From contig SVAK01000002.1 of NCBI GenBank assembly GCA_015059445.1, positions 36,698-100,697 of the forward strand: DNA of 64,000 bases. Reading direction: 5' to 3'. The notes under the pieces are model-generated. The model did not search any database, had not been told where the DNA came from, and saw only the letters and a list, made by a program, of their open reading frames with translations. Source of the DNA: Bacillota bacterium (GTDB lineage Bacteria > Bacillota_I > Bacilli_A > RF39 > UBA660). Made by a program: the position numbers and the translations under genes. Shown here piece after piece: positions 10,153 through 20,491 of the stretch (the first letter of the stretch is position 1; each line of letters starts with the position of its first letter).

Positions 10153-10782
10153 ATGAGCAATGAGATATTTCTAGCGCAAATGAAATATAAATATGAATCA
10201 TTACAATATTTTAGTATTCAAAACGGTTTATTAGTCTTGAATTATCAAGGAACTTTTACAATACCTTTCGAAAACGTATATTTAGCAAATTTAAATGAAA
10301 ATTTATTTTTAATGGATCCTAACGAAATATTTCATATCCTTTATATGCTAGAACTCTTACCTAAACCACAATTAAATAATTTTGATGAAGAATTTATTAT
10401 TAACTATGTAAATCGATATTTACAATATAATGATAGTGCCCTAGAACATTCAAATAATCCTCATAATAATGAAGCTTTATTTGAATTAAAGAAAAAATTA
10501 AGTGGTTTTCAAATTCCTATTTATTTATCTTATGATCCACAATTTGAAAACACACCCACTAGCATAGCAATTCAAAATATTATGAATTTACATAGCGAAG
10601 AAATTGAGCAAGGAAAAGGCAATCACCAAAAATTAGTCCGAATAAATCCTAAATTTGCTCCAATTGAAGAAGAAAGTAATTTAGTAGCTTTTGAAAAAGC
10701 TGGGTTTACAACTTTAATATTAATTATAACTGCAATCGTTGCAACATGTTTATATATTGCTTTCTTTATGGTTAATGCCTAA
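10153..10782 (+). CDS. Hypothetical protein with C-terminal membrane anchor
   Basis: SD AGGTG; ends KAGFTTLILIITAIVATCLYIAFF. Confidence 0.75.
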   Translation: MSNEIFLAQMKYKYESLQYFSIQNGLLVLNYQGTFTIPFENVYLANLNENLFLMDPNEIFHILYMLELLPKPQLNNFDEEFIINYVNRYLQYNDSALEHSNNPHNNEALFELKKKLSGFQIPIYLSYDPQFENTPTSIAIQNIMNLHSEEIEQGKGNHQKLVRINPKFAPIEEESNLVAFEKAGFTTLILIITAIVATCLYIAFFMVNA

Positions 10783-10784
10783 AT

Positions 10785-10835
10785 TTGACAACAGTATAGA
10801 ATTATGTTAATATAAACCCCATAAAAGAGGGGTTT
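10785..10835 (+). promoter_or_regulatory. Promoter and inverted repeat upstream of the mraZ-like gene
   Basis: TTGACA(10785)-17 nt-TAATAT with TGn. AAACCCC(10814)/GGGGTTT(10829) inverted repeat overlaps the SD. Confidence 0.55.
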
Positions 10836-10837
10836 TT

Positions 10838-11242
10838 ATGTTTGGAAAAAATTTAATAATTGGTCATAGCGAAGGAAAAATAAGTGACAAAGGGCGAATT
10901 TTTTTACCTAGTTTTACAAAACCAGAAAAAGATGATAAAATTCTTATTCAAAAAGATACTTATGGCGATGAAGCAGCATTAAAGCTTATTGCATATAGTG
11001 AATATTTAAATATGATTGAAAGGTATAGACGGCTAAGAGATACTGCCACTTCTTTGGAAGAAGAACAAAAATATACAAAAAAAATTGAAGACATTAGTTT
11101 ATCTTTAACTCACTTAACTAAAGTAGATGCTCAAAGACGAATTCAATTACCTAAAGCTATTTTAGAGAAATATAATTGGTCACCTCAAGATACCATTAGA
11201 TATGATGGCTTAGGTGAATCATTATTAATTAGAAAAAAATAA
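10838..11242 (+). CDS. MraZ-like tandem SpoVT/AbrB-domain regulator, stand-alone
   Basis: Two DxxxR-I-x-LP motifs (DKGRIFLP, DAQRRIQLP). Confidence 0.75.
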   Translation: MFGKNLIIGHSEGKISDKGRIFLPSFTKPEKDDKILIQKDTYGDEAALKLIAYSEYLNMIERYRRLRDTATSLEEEQKYTKKIEDISLSLTHLTKVDAQRRIQLPKAILEKYNWSPQDTIRYDGLGESLLIRKK

Positions 11243-11276
11243 AATCATAAGTTAAATGCTTATGATTTTATTTTTT
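11237..11276. terminator. Bidirectional terminator between convergent genes
   Basis: AAAATAAAATCATAAG...CTTATGATTTTATTTT. Confidence 0.7.
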
Positions 11277-11280
11277 GAAA

Positions 11281-11541
11281 TTATTTTGCTTCAACGATTA
11301 ATTTAATCGCAGTTTTTTGTTCCCCATTAATAACTATATCATTAAAGGCTGGAATAACTACTAAATTATCACCAGTTGGTGCCACAAACCCTCGACATAT
11401 TGCTATTGCTTTAACTGCTTGATTTAGTGATCCAGCTCCTATAGTCTGCAGTTCTACACTACCTTTTTCGCGATAAATGTTAGCTATTGCGCCGGCAACT
11501 TTACTAGGATTAGATTTACTAGATACTTTTAAAATTTCCAT
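11281..11541 (-). CDS. spoVS: Stage V sporulation protein S
   Basis: MEILKVSSKSNPSKVAGAIA...IGAGSLNQAVKAIAI. Confidence 0.95.
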   Translation of the reverse strand: MEILKVSSKSNPSKVAGAIANIYREKGSVELQTIGAGSLNQAVKAIAICRGFVAPTGDNLVVIPAFNDIVINGEQKTAIKLIVEAK

Positions 11542-11610
11542 AATACATTCCTTTCTTTTACAATTTAAATATATGAAATATATTATTAAAAATTCACAAA
11601 AAAAGAAGAA

Positions 11611-12138
11611 TTATTTCTTCTCCATTATATAGCCCACTAAAGGATCCATTAATTCTAAAATACCATTTATTAAAAAGAAAAATCCTAAAACCAATATTTG
11701 AATATCACCAGTATAATATAAATTTATGGAAGCAAGCACCCCAGTTAAAATAAATATTATTAAATTAACAATATTAAGTTCCCATAATTTACTTTTCCTA
11801 TCATGATAATAATCGCTTTCTTTTAATTTTATTAGTGATATTAAAATTACCCAAATAAATAAAATTAAAGCTAGATTCCATGGGGAATCATTAACATCTA
11901 AAAATAGCATAAGAACAAGCGCTACTATACACGACAACGAAGTGCTAAATCCAGAATAATCTTTAGCAGCTAAAATAAAGAAATTTTTAATTAAATGAAT
12001 AATACCATATATAGCAATTATAACAATAAATACTGCCTTAACATTATTAACGTTAAATATTGGTAAAATTGTCATTATTCCACCTGCTAATACTAAAAAC
12101 CATGCTGTTATAAATTCAACTAAAGTTCTTCTATTCAT
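11611..12138 (-). CDS. Multi-pass membrane protein (HdeD/DUF308-like)
   Basis: About six hydrophobic helices. Confidence 0.65.
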   Translation of the reverse strand: MNRRTLVEFITAWFLVLAGGIMTILPIFNVNNVKAVFIVIIAIYGIIHLIKNFFILAAKDYSGFSTSLSCIVALVLMLFLDVNDSPWNLALILFIWVILISLIKLKESDYYHDRKSKLWELNIVNLIIFILTGVLASINLYYTGDIQILVLGFFFLINGILELMDPLVGYIMEKK

Positions 12139-12184
12139 ATCATTTCACATCCTATTTAAATTATAAATTATTTATTTTTAATTT

Positions 12185-12892
12185 TCAATTAGTTTTAACA
12201 TTCCCAAAAGTTCTATTTCGACTAATATAATATTCTATAGCGATATCGAAATCATTTTCTAAAAAATCTGGAAAATAGGTATCTACAAAATAAATTTCTG
12301 CATAAAAAGATTGATACAACATAAAGTTACTTAGCCGATGTTCTTTGCCGGTTCTTATAAGCAAATCAATTGGGGGCAAATCTTGATATAAATATTTTAA
12401 AAACGTTTCACGATTTAAATCATTTTCTTTTATCTTTCCAATTCTTAAATCATTTGCAACTTTTATTGAAGCATCCACAATTTCTTCCTGACCACCATAA
12501 TTTATACAAATATTTAATATGCAATTAGTATTATTTTTTGTTTTTTCAACGATTTTATCCATCGCCTCTAAAACATCATCTCTTAGTGGTTCTCTTCTAC
12601 CACTAAAAATTATTTTTATTCCCTCATCACAAACTTTATTTAGCTTATTATTAAAATAATGTATTACTAAATCCATTAAAAAATCTACTTCTTCTTTACT
12701 TCTTTTAAAATTATCAGTAGAAAAAGCATAAACTGATAAAACTTTAATGCCTAGTTTTTTTGCATATAACGCTAGTTTTTCTAACGTTTTACCGCCTTCT
12801 TTATGACCTTCACTACGTTTCTTCCCTTTTTCTTGCGCCCATCTTCCATTACCATCCATTATAATGGCAACATGATTTGGTATATTATTCAT
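12185..12892 (-). CDS. uppS: Undecaprenyl diphosphate synthase
   Basis: HVAIIMDGNGRWA, YAFSTDNFKR, DLLIRTG, RLSNF. Confidence 0.95.
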   Translation of the reverse strand: MNNIPNHVAIIMDGNGRWAQEKGKKRSEGHKEGGKTLEKLALYAKKLGIKVLSVYAFSTDNFKRSKEEVDFLMDLVIHYFNNKLNKVCDEGIKIIFSGRREPLRDDVLEAMDKIVEKTKNNTNCILNICINYGGQEEIVDASIKVANDLRIGKIKENDLNRETFLKYLYQDLPPIDLLIRTGKEHRLSNFMLYQSFYAEIYFVDTYFPDFLENDFDIAIEYYISRNRTFGNVKTN

Positions 12893-12979
12893 GAAATCAC
12901 CTTAATATATTATTATAAACACCTTTCTTTAATAATTATAACTTATATTTAAACAAATTAAAAGATGACTTGAGTCATC

Positions 12980-13513
12980 TTAATAACGAGCTATATTTAA
13001 TATAAAAATCATATATAAATAAAAATTATAACGAATCTTATAAGCGCAGACTTCAAAAATTGATACTAATAAATCTGAAACGCAAACAATAACACTATCT
13101 TTATTTTTAGGTTTATGTTCTTTAAAATATTTCTTATCATCTTCTTTCATAAAAGGCGTTAATCTTTTAAGCAAAGCATGATGATACATATGAGATTCAA
13201 TTATACTCGCTTCATTTTCGTCTATATCAAAATATTTTTTTGCATTTTCCACACTAGTTTTAGGATGTTTTAAATAACCATTCTCCACTTTAGAAGTTCT
13301 ACTTCCAAAGAAAAAATCATGCAATAAACCTGCTCTAGCTACTTCTCTACAATTCCCATTAAATAATTTCGCCATTAAATAACTTAAATATGAAACTCTT
13401 TTGCAATGATCGTATTTATTTGAACCATGATGAACATCATTTTTAAGTATAGCAAAATTTTCACTTTCTAAGATTTCACCAGTTATCTCTTTATATTCTT
13501 TATTTAATTTCAT
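12980..13513 (-). CDS. HD-domain phosphohydrolase
   Basis: DHCKRV, AGLLHD, HP, IIESHM, VSD. Confidence 0.85.
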   Translation of the reverse strand: MKLNKEYKEITGEILESENFAILKNDVHHGSNKYDHCKRVSYLSYLMAKLFNGNCREVARAGLLHDFFFGSRTSKVENGYLKHPKTSVENAKKYFDIDENEASIIESHMYHHALLKRLTPFMKEDDKKYFKEHKPKNKDSVIVCVSDLLVSIFEVCAYKIRYNFYLYMIFILNIARY

Positions 13514-13605
13514 TAAAAATCCTCTTACCTAATCATCAATATTATATTAACGACTTTTTAATTATATCACACTTTTATCCAAATTTATATACCTTCTACC
13601 AAAAA

Positions 13606-13857
13606 CTAGTTGTCATTTATTTCTATTAACTCATATTCTTTGGTACCAAATCCTAATTCATTAGCGGCATCTATGGTATGTATTCCATTTCTTGATTCAA
13701 TCCTTTCAATTAAGTGACTTTTCCCAGAATCATTTGAATTGTACACTAAATCTAAACAAGCCTGATCTAAAGCAATCGGATCCAAAGACGATAATATTCC
13801 GATATCTTTCATACATAGATCTTCAGCCTTTTTGCAACAATCACAATCAAATTTCAT
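13606..13857 (-). pseudogene. C-terminal fragment of a DUF362-family Fe-S protein
   Basis: DCDC...DIGILSSLDPIALDQACLDLV...LGFGTKEYEL; the N-terminal portion is missing. Confidence 0.7.
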
Positions 13858-14016
13858 TTAGACTATATCTAAAATCATAATCATTTTCCATAATAACTTA
13901 TTTAATTTATTTAGATAATTTTGCTCATGTTTATGATAATGCAATCCCAAAGTATGAGTATCAATAAAAGGGTCTAAATCTTCAAAAGAATATGGTAATA
14001 CAGGTAATCGATACAT
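13858..14016 (-). pseudogene. N-terminal fragment of Fe/Mn superoxide dismutase; not in the ORF track
   Basis: SD GGAGG, then MYRLPVLPYSFEDLDPFIDTHTLGLHYHKHEQNYLNKLN; stops after 52 aa. Confidence 0.8.
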
Positions 14017-14223
14017 TTAAAATCCTCCAATATAACCATATGAATATTTCAAAAAACTATGTTTATATAGTTTATTAAAAAAATTTTTTCTTCACAAAAA
14101 ATCTTGATAAGTTCCGCTTTTGGAAATTATCCGCTTTTCTCTTTAACTCTAAGAATACTTATAAATAAGTTAAAGCATTCATATCTACTAATTTAATTTT
14201 TAGCTGCAATCTTTTTACATTTT

Positions 14224-14253
14224 AAAACTCGAACTTAATTGTTCGAGTTTTTT
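14224..14253. terminator. Intrinsic terminator, possibly the original tRNA-Thr terminator displaced by the island
   Basis: AAAACTCGAAC-ttaatt-GTTCGAGTTTT, lying just beyond the distal GCACCA repeat on the minus strand. Confidence 0.65.
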
Positions 14254-14372
14254 ATCAATCTGGTGCGTAAGAATAGCACATTTGGAAATCGGTATTCAAG
14301 TTAATTTCTATATATAGTATAACATATTTTTTTATTTTGTGGTATAATAACTATCAAAAAAGGAGGCGTGTT

Positions 14373-15551
14373 ATGCGAAAAGAATTTTATCCAACAATAA
14401 AAGATTATATAAATATGGGGTTAACAGAAGAACAAATAGATACATTAATTTATTATGAAAATATAAAACATGGATTTCGCCAAGTAATTAGAAATGATGG
14501 TTATCATCAAAGTGAACCCCATAGTATATTTTTTCTAGATATAAAAAATACTTTATATCATAGTGGGGGTCATGGTAATAAAGGATTATTAGGACGAGCT
14601 GGTGATTCACAACCATTGTATATCAGAGATATTATAGCATTGGGAAACTTGCTAGAAAAGAGTACCGGTCAATCATTTAATATGGATACTTATAGAATAT
14701 CAACAAATGAAAGAGAATGTATATTTTACAACTTTCCAGAAAATTTAGAAGATGCTAAATACAAGTTAGATCTTCCTACTGGAAAATTTAAACCTATGTT
14801 TTCCCCAAACACCATAAGATATTCATCAAAAATAGGCCCATATAAAACAGTTTTTATATCAACAGATAACGTTGAAACACAAAGAAATATCATTTTATTT
14901 TTTCTACTTATTTATAAAATTTATTTTGGGCCACATATTACATATATAGGTAATCTAGAAATAGTTAAATTATCAGAGTTATTTGAAAAATGTGAATATG
15001 ATTATGATAAATTTATATCAAAATTACCCGATGAATACTCTAAAAGTTTTACATTGTTATCCGAACAAACAAAAAAAGAAATAGATAATATTATGAGTAA
15101 CATAACTTTTATAACTACTAAAGGTACTGGTTCAACAAAAGAAGAATTAATGCAAAAATTCTTAAATATGTATAATATTGAACATGGATTATCATATGAA
15201 GACTATAATGTATTTGCATGTGGTGATAAATATGAAGATGATGGTCCTATGGTAAAGCTAGCTTTTCAATTAGGCGGATATGGTTGTTTGAATGATGGCA
15301 CTTTTAATTTTTTTAGTAATGGAGAAAGTATAAGAAGAGATTTAGCATTAGACTATGGTATTGAAACTAGATTACCAGTTTCATCATACGGATTTAGTGA
15401 TTTCTATAATAAAGCAATGGACTGGAATTCGCTTCAAAGAACATGGAATTTAGCAGAAACTATGCAAGATGTTAATGATAAAGAAAAAACATTAATTTTA
15501 AATAGATTCAAGAAAACAAATCACTATATAAAAATAAAAAAGGAAAATTAG
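14373..15551 (+). CDS. Divergent HAD-superfamily-like protein
   Basis: SD AGGAGG before ATG 14373. FFLDIKNTL (motif I-like), RISTN (II), KGTGSTK (III), VFACGDKYEDDGPM (IV). Confidence 0.55.
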   Translation: MRKEFYPTIKDYINMGLTEEQIDTLIYYENIKHGFRQVIRNDGYHQSEPHSIFFLDIKNTLYHSGGHGNKGLLGRAGDSQPLYIRDIIALGNLLEKSTGQSFNMDTYRISTNERECIFYNFPENLEDAKYKLDLPTGKFKPMFSPNTIRYSSKIGPYKTVFISTDNVETQRNIILFFLLIYKIYFGPHITYIGNLEIVKLSELFEKCEYDYDKFISKLPDEYSKSFTLLSEQTKKEIDNIMSNITFITTKGTGSTKEELMQKFLNMYNIEHGLSYEDYNVFACGDKYEDDGPMVKLAFQLGGYGCLNDGTFNFFSNGESIRRDLALDYGIETRLPVSSYGFSDFYNKAMDWNSLQRTWNLAETMQDVNDKEKTLILNRFKKTNHYIKIKKEN

Positions 15552-15604
15552 ACAAAACAAAAAACATAATTATAATTCATACATTGAATACGTAATTATG
15601 TTTT

Positions 15605-16021
15605 TTATATGTTAGTTTCTAAAAATTCATCTTTTGTAAATGAGATTCTTTCAACTTTGTTGTTCACGATATATTTATTATATCTATTAATAATATTGTC
15701 GTATTCGGTTTTCTCAATTTTATAACCACTTTTATATAAATATTTTTCTAATCCAACAAAGTTTTCTATTACATAATTATCATTTATTTTGGCAAATGAT
15801 AATCTTGGTAATGGTGGATTATACTTTCTTATTAATACATTAAAAGGATAAGTAAAACAATTAGGTTTGCCATCAACTTTAGATATATTTATTAATGTTA
15901 GAGTATTATCTAAAGTGTTTTTATTTACTACTAACATTAATCTTTTTTTGCATTCTATATTTTTTATACCACTTGCAAAGTATGGTGGTACAAAATATAA
16001 AAACATACCTTCTTCAATCAT
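15605..16021 (-). CDS. Putative toxin, PemK/MazF-like fold
   Basis: G..L...PY...KKRLMLVV...ISK...PL..SFAKI pattern; start overlaps the antitoxin stop (TAATG). Confidence 0.6.
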   Translation of the reverse strand: MIEEGMFLYFVPPYFASGIKNIECKKRLMLVVNKNTLDNTLTLINISKVDGKPNCFTYPFNVLIRKYNPPLPRLSFAKINDNYVIENFVGLEKYLYKSGYKIEKTEYDNIINRYNKYIVNNKVERISFTKDEFLETNI

Positions 16022-16548
16022 TAATAATCTAGTTCTTCCATTGATTTGAATTCTTCTGAATTCATAATATTATAAGCATCCAAAACATCCCTAATGTTAT
16101 CAAGTTCTTTCTCTAATTCCTCATTTGGAACAAGTGATTTATTTTTATCTTTAAAATCAAATTTATTATTTGAAATTTGTAAATACTTTTTCCAATATTC
16201 AAATTGATGTGTCATATTAGATAAAGTATCAGCATTTTCAGAACCATATATATTTTTTGTTAATTCTAAAATTTCTAATTCTTCATCTGTTAATTTATTT
16301 CTTCTATAGTTTAGCAATTCATCTAAATTATTCTTGTATTTAAGTCTTACATTTTCCATAACCATGCCATTTTCAAATGCACAAAATTGATCATCAAATA
16401 ACAATTTGTTATTCTTTGCTAAACTTATTAACTGAGCAAAAAACAATAATTTTTGCAATTTCATATTACCTTTAAATGTATTTCTAGGAGTATCTAAATT
16501 GTTTTCTAAAAACCATTTAGTATAATCAAAAACATTAGTCTTGTTCAT
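16021..16548 (-). CDS. Panacea-domain (DUF4065/SocA) antitoxin
   Basis: NMKLQKLLFFAQ, LFDDQFCAFENGMV, YG...ADTLSNMTHQFEYW. Confidence 0.88.
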   Translation of the reverse strand: MNKTNVFDYTKWFLENNLDTPRNTFKGNMKLQKLLFFAQLISLAKNNKLLFDDQFCAFENGMVMENVRLKYKNNLDELLNYRRNKLTDEELEILELTKNIYGSENADTLSNMTHQFEYWKKYLQISNNKFDFKDKNKSLVPNEELEKELDNIRDVLDAYNIMNSEEFKSMEELDY

Positions 16549-16852
16549 ATTAACACCTCCATTATTATATTCATTATATCATATTCTCTAAAATTTTAGA
16601 ATATACTTTGCCCAAATATGTGATAAATATTATAACATATATTTTATAAAATGATACATTTTTTGTTAATAGTTCAAACAAATTTATGTACCATATTTAT
16701 ATTATGATTTTTATCATTTTATGGCCCAACTCGTGTATTCATTTTCAGCAGGATAATGTGTCAGACAACAGCTACCCAGTGGGTAGTTTATCTCAGTATT
16801 TAAAGGGTTTATAAGATATATTAATGTCATACAATTTTAAATTTGTCTTACT

Positions 16853-16953
16853 TTTGTACTAACAATTCATAAGTGAATTTATGTCATTTTTATTAAAAAA
16901 TAGCCAAAAGTATAACAATCGTTATAACATTTGTACTAACATCTGTTATAACA
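16853..16953. repeat. Iteron-like repeats with a 12-bp period
   Basis: TAACA at 16913, 16925, 16937 and 16949; TTTGTACTAACA at 16853 and 16930. Confidence 0.7.
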
Positions 16954-17037
16954 AAAAAGGCAAAAAAGTACCAAACCTGTGTCCTAAATATTAATATTTT
17001 TCAAATTATAAGGCCACAACATTGGTACATTTTTTTA

Positions 17038-18861
<1,824 letters not shown>

Positions 18862-18900
18862 TTATATATTATATAAATTAATTTTAAATTTAGTAACGGG

Positions 18901-19188
18901 TTATAAAGACCTATAGTTTTTAATATGGTCTTGTAAATTTTTTAATGGTATATAGTTTTCTAATGAATTAATATAAACGGTTTCACATTCATTAAAGAAT
19001 AAATAGGTTGTATTACCAATTACTAACTTATGTGGTTCTATATAAGCAAGATTAGTATTTTTAATACTTATAATATTTCCTTTTATAATTTTAGATTTGA
19101 TATTTAGAAATTTTAAAGTGCTTTTAATCTTTTTTTCTAAACTCTCTTCAATATCTAATTTTTCCTTTATTAAATGCATACTAATCAA
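18901..19188 (-). CDS. Small hypothetical protein upstream of the recombinase
   Basis: SD AAAGGAG; co-oriented with the recombinase. Confidence 0.7.
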   Translation of the reverse strand: MISMHLIKEKLDIEESLEKKIKSTLKFLNIKSKIIKGNIISIKNTNLAYIEPHKLVIGNTTYLFFNECETVYINSLENYIPLKNLQDHIKNYRSL

Positions 19189-19204
19189 CTCCTTTCAAGC
19201 ATAT

Positions 19205-19231
19205 AAAAAAGGTTAACCGAAATTAACCTTT
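19205..19231 (-). terminator. Terminator downstream of tRNA-Thr
   Basis: AAAGGTTAA-tttcgg-TTAACCTTTTTT on the minus strand. Confidence 0.7.
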
Positions 19232-19269
19232 CATATATTTAAAGTCGATTAGTTCGACTAATTTCCCTA

Positions 19270-19343
19270 TGGTGCTGAATAACTGAATTGAACAGTTCTC
19301 TAATGCTTACCATGCATTTGTTCTACCACTAAACTAAATCAGC
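19270..19343 (-). tRNA. tRNA-Thr (GGT)
   Basis: Anticodon arm AATGC-ATGGTAA-GCATT; T arm AACTG-TTCAATT-CAGTT; ACCA end; one U-U pair in the acceptor stem. Confidence 0.88.
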
Positions 19344-19391
19344 AATTCCTATTAGATTATATCACACAAAACAATTAAAGGAAATTACTGA

Positions 19392-20315
19392 TTACTCATT
19401 TGCAACTAAATCTAAATATACATCACAAGTTTGCTTACCAGAAGCCGTAATGCTAACTGAACCATCTGTATAATTTATAGTTGCTCCCATATCATTACCA
19501 GTCGAATCATAGCAATAACTATTTTTATGCTCAGACAACTCATATATTCTATTAGTTGGGATTGAATCTACTTTTTGATATGTAGTGCCGCTAACTTTAA
19601 CTTGAACATAAATATTAGCCATTATATCAGCTGTTTTTGTATCATTAAAATATGCATAACATGTATCTTTGGTTTGTGTTGAAACATTAAATTCTTTTGT
19701 TGCTGAAATATAATTTACTACGCCATCGTTATCACATTCATAACCTGCATAAGTATATCCATACGCTGGAATGTTTTCAATTAAGGTATATTTTTTATTG
19801 TTATAGTTTTTCTCTCCGTCAAGATCTTCTTTCATAATGTATACTTTTATGTCACTATCATATGGAGCATTAAAATAAAATTTACAAGTTACTTTATGTG
19901 CGCTTGTTAATTCAAAAGATTTTGTCACATCATCATAATCGTAATAGCAACTTGAAGAACCATCTTTTCCACAAGTGGCTTTACAATTTTCAGTTTCATC
20001 ATCATCACATGGTTTAGTACAAGTTGTAAGAGTATCATTAAATACATAGCCTACTGATGGTACAACATAACTTCTAGTATAAACATTTGTATTTTGACCT
20101 GTTTCCTTATAAATCATCATATTTACGTCCCCGTCACCGGTGTCAAAATCACCAATAAGACCAGCTAACAGATTTAAAGGCTTTGTATCATTATAATAAG
20201 CATAAACAGCTTGTATTCCAAAGATTAATGTAACGGCAAAAAAACTTATTATTCCAAATAAACAGGTTTTTTTCTTTTTTGGTGTTTTTTTGATTTTAGT
20301 ACCTATACTAGCCAT
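19392..20315 (-). CDS. Secreted Cys-containing protein with three internal ~75-aa repeats
   Basis: Basic N-terminus, TM helix, AVYAYYND; each repeat ends TC(K/Y/D)xY(F/L). Confidence 0.75.
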   Translation of the reverse strand: MASIGTKIKKTPKKKKTCLFGIISFFAVTLIFGIQAVYAYYNDTKPLNLLAGLIGDFDTGDGDVNMMIYKETGQNTNVYTRSYVVPSVGYVFNDTLTTCTKPCDDDETENCKATCGKDGSSSCYYDYDDVTKSFELTSAHKVTCKFYFNAPYDSDIKVYIMKEDLDGEKNYNNKKYTLIENIPAYGYTYAGYECDNDGVVNYISATKEFNVSTQTKDTCYAYFNDTKTADIMANIYVQVKVSGTTYQKVDSIPTNRIYELSEHKNSYCYDSTGNDMGATINYTDGSVSITASGKQTCDVYLDLVANE

Positions 20316-20491
20316 TAAACTGCCTCTCTCAACTCTACTAATTAAACATACATGTATTAATTTTCCTATTGTTTATTATAATATTCTTTCTATTATGATT
20401 ATAATATGTCGAAAAAAAGTTGTAAAGCGCTTTTATGGCTTAACATAGTAATTGACAAAAAGTGTACACTTTGTCGTGGCACAACAAAGTG

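Noticed and set aside
14261-14320. Additional tRNA or sRNA ending in GCACCA
   Set aside because: It does not fold as a cloverleaf and has no T-loop consensus; it is better read as an attachment-site remnant.
16853-16953. CRISPR array or type III antitoxin RNA repeats
   Set aside because: Units are only 12 bp with no unique spacers, there are no cas genes, and a protein antitoxin gene lies between the repeats and the toxin.
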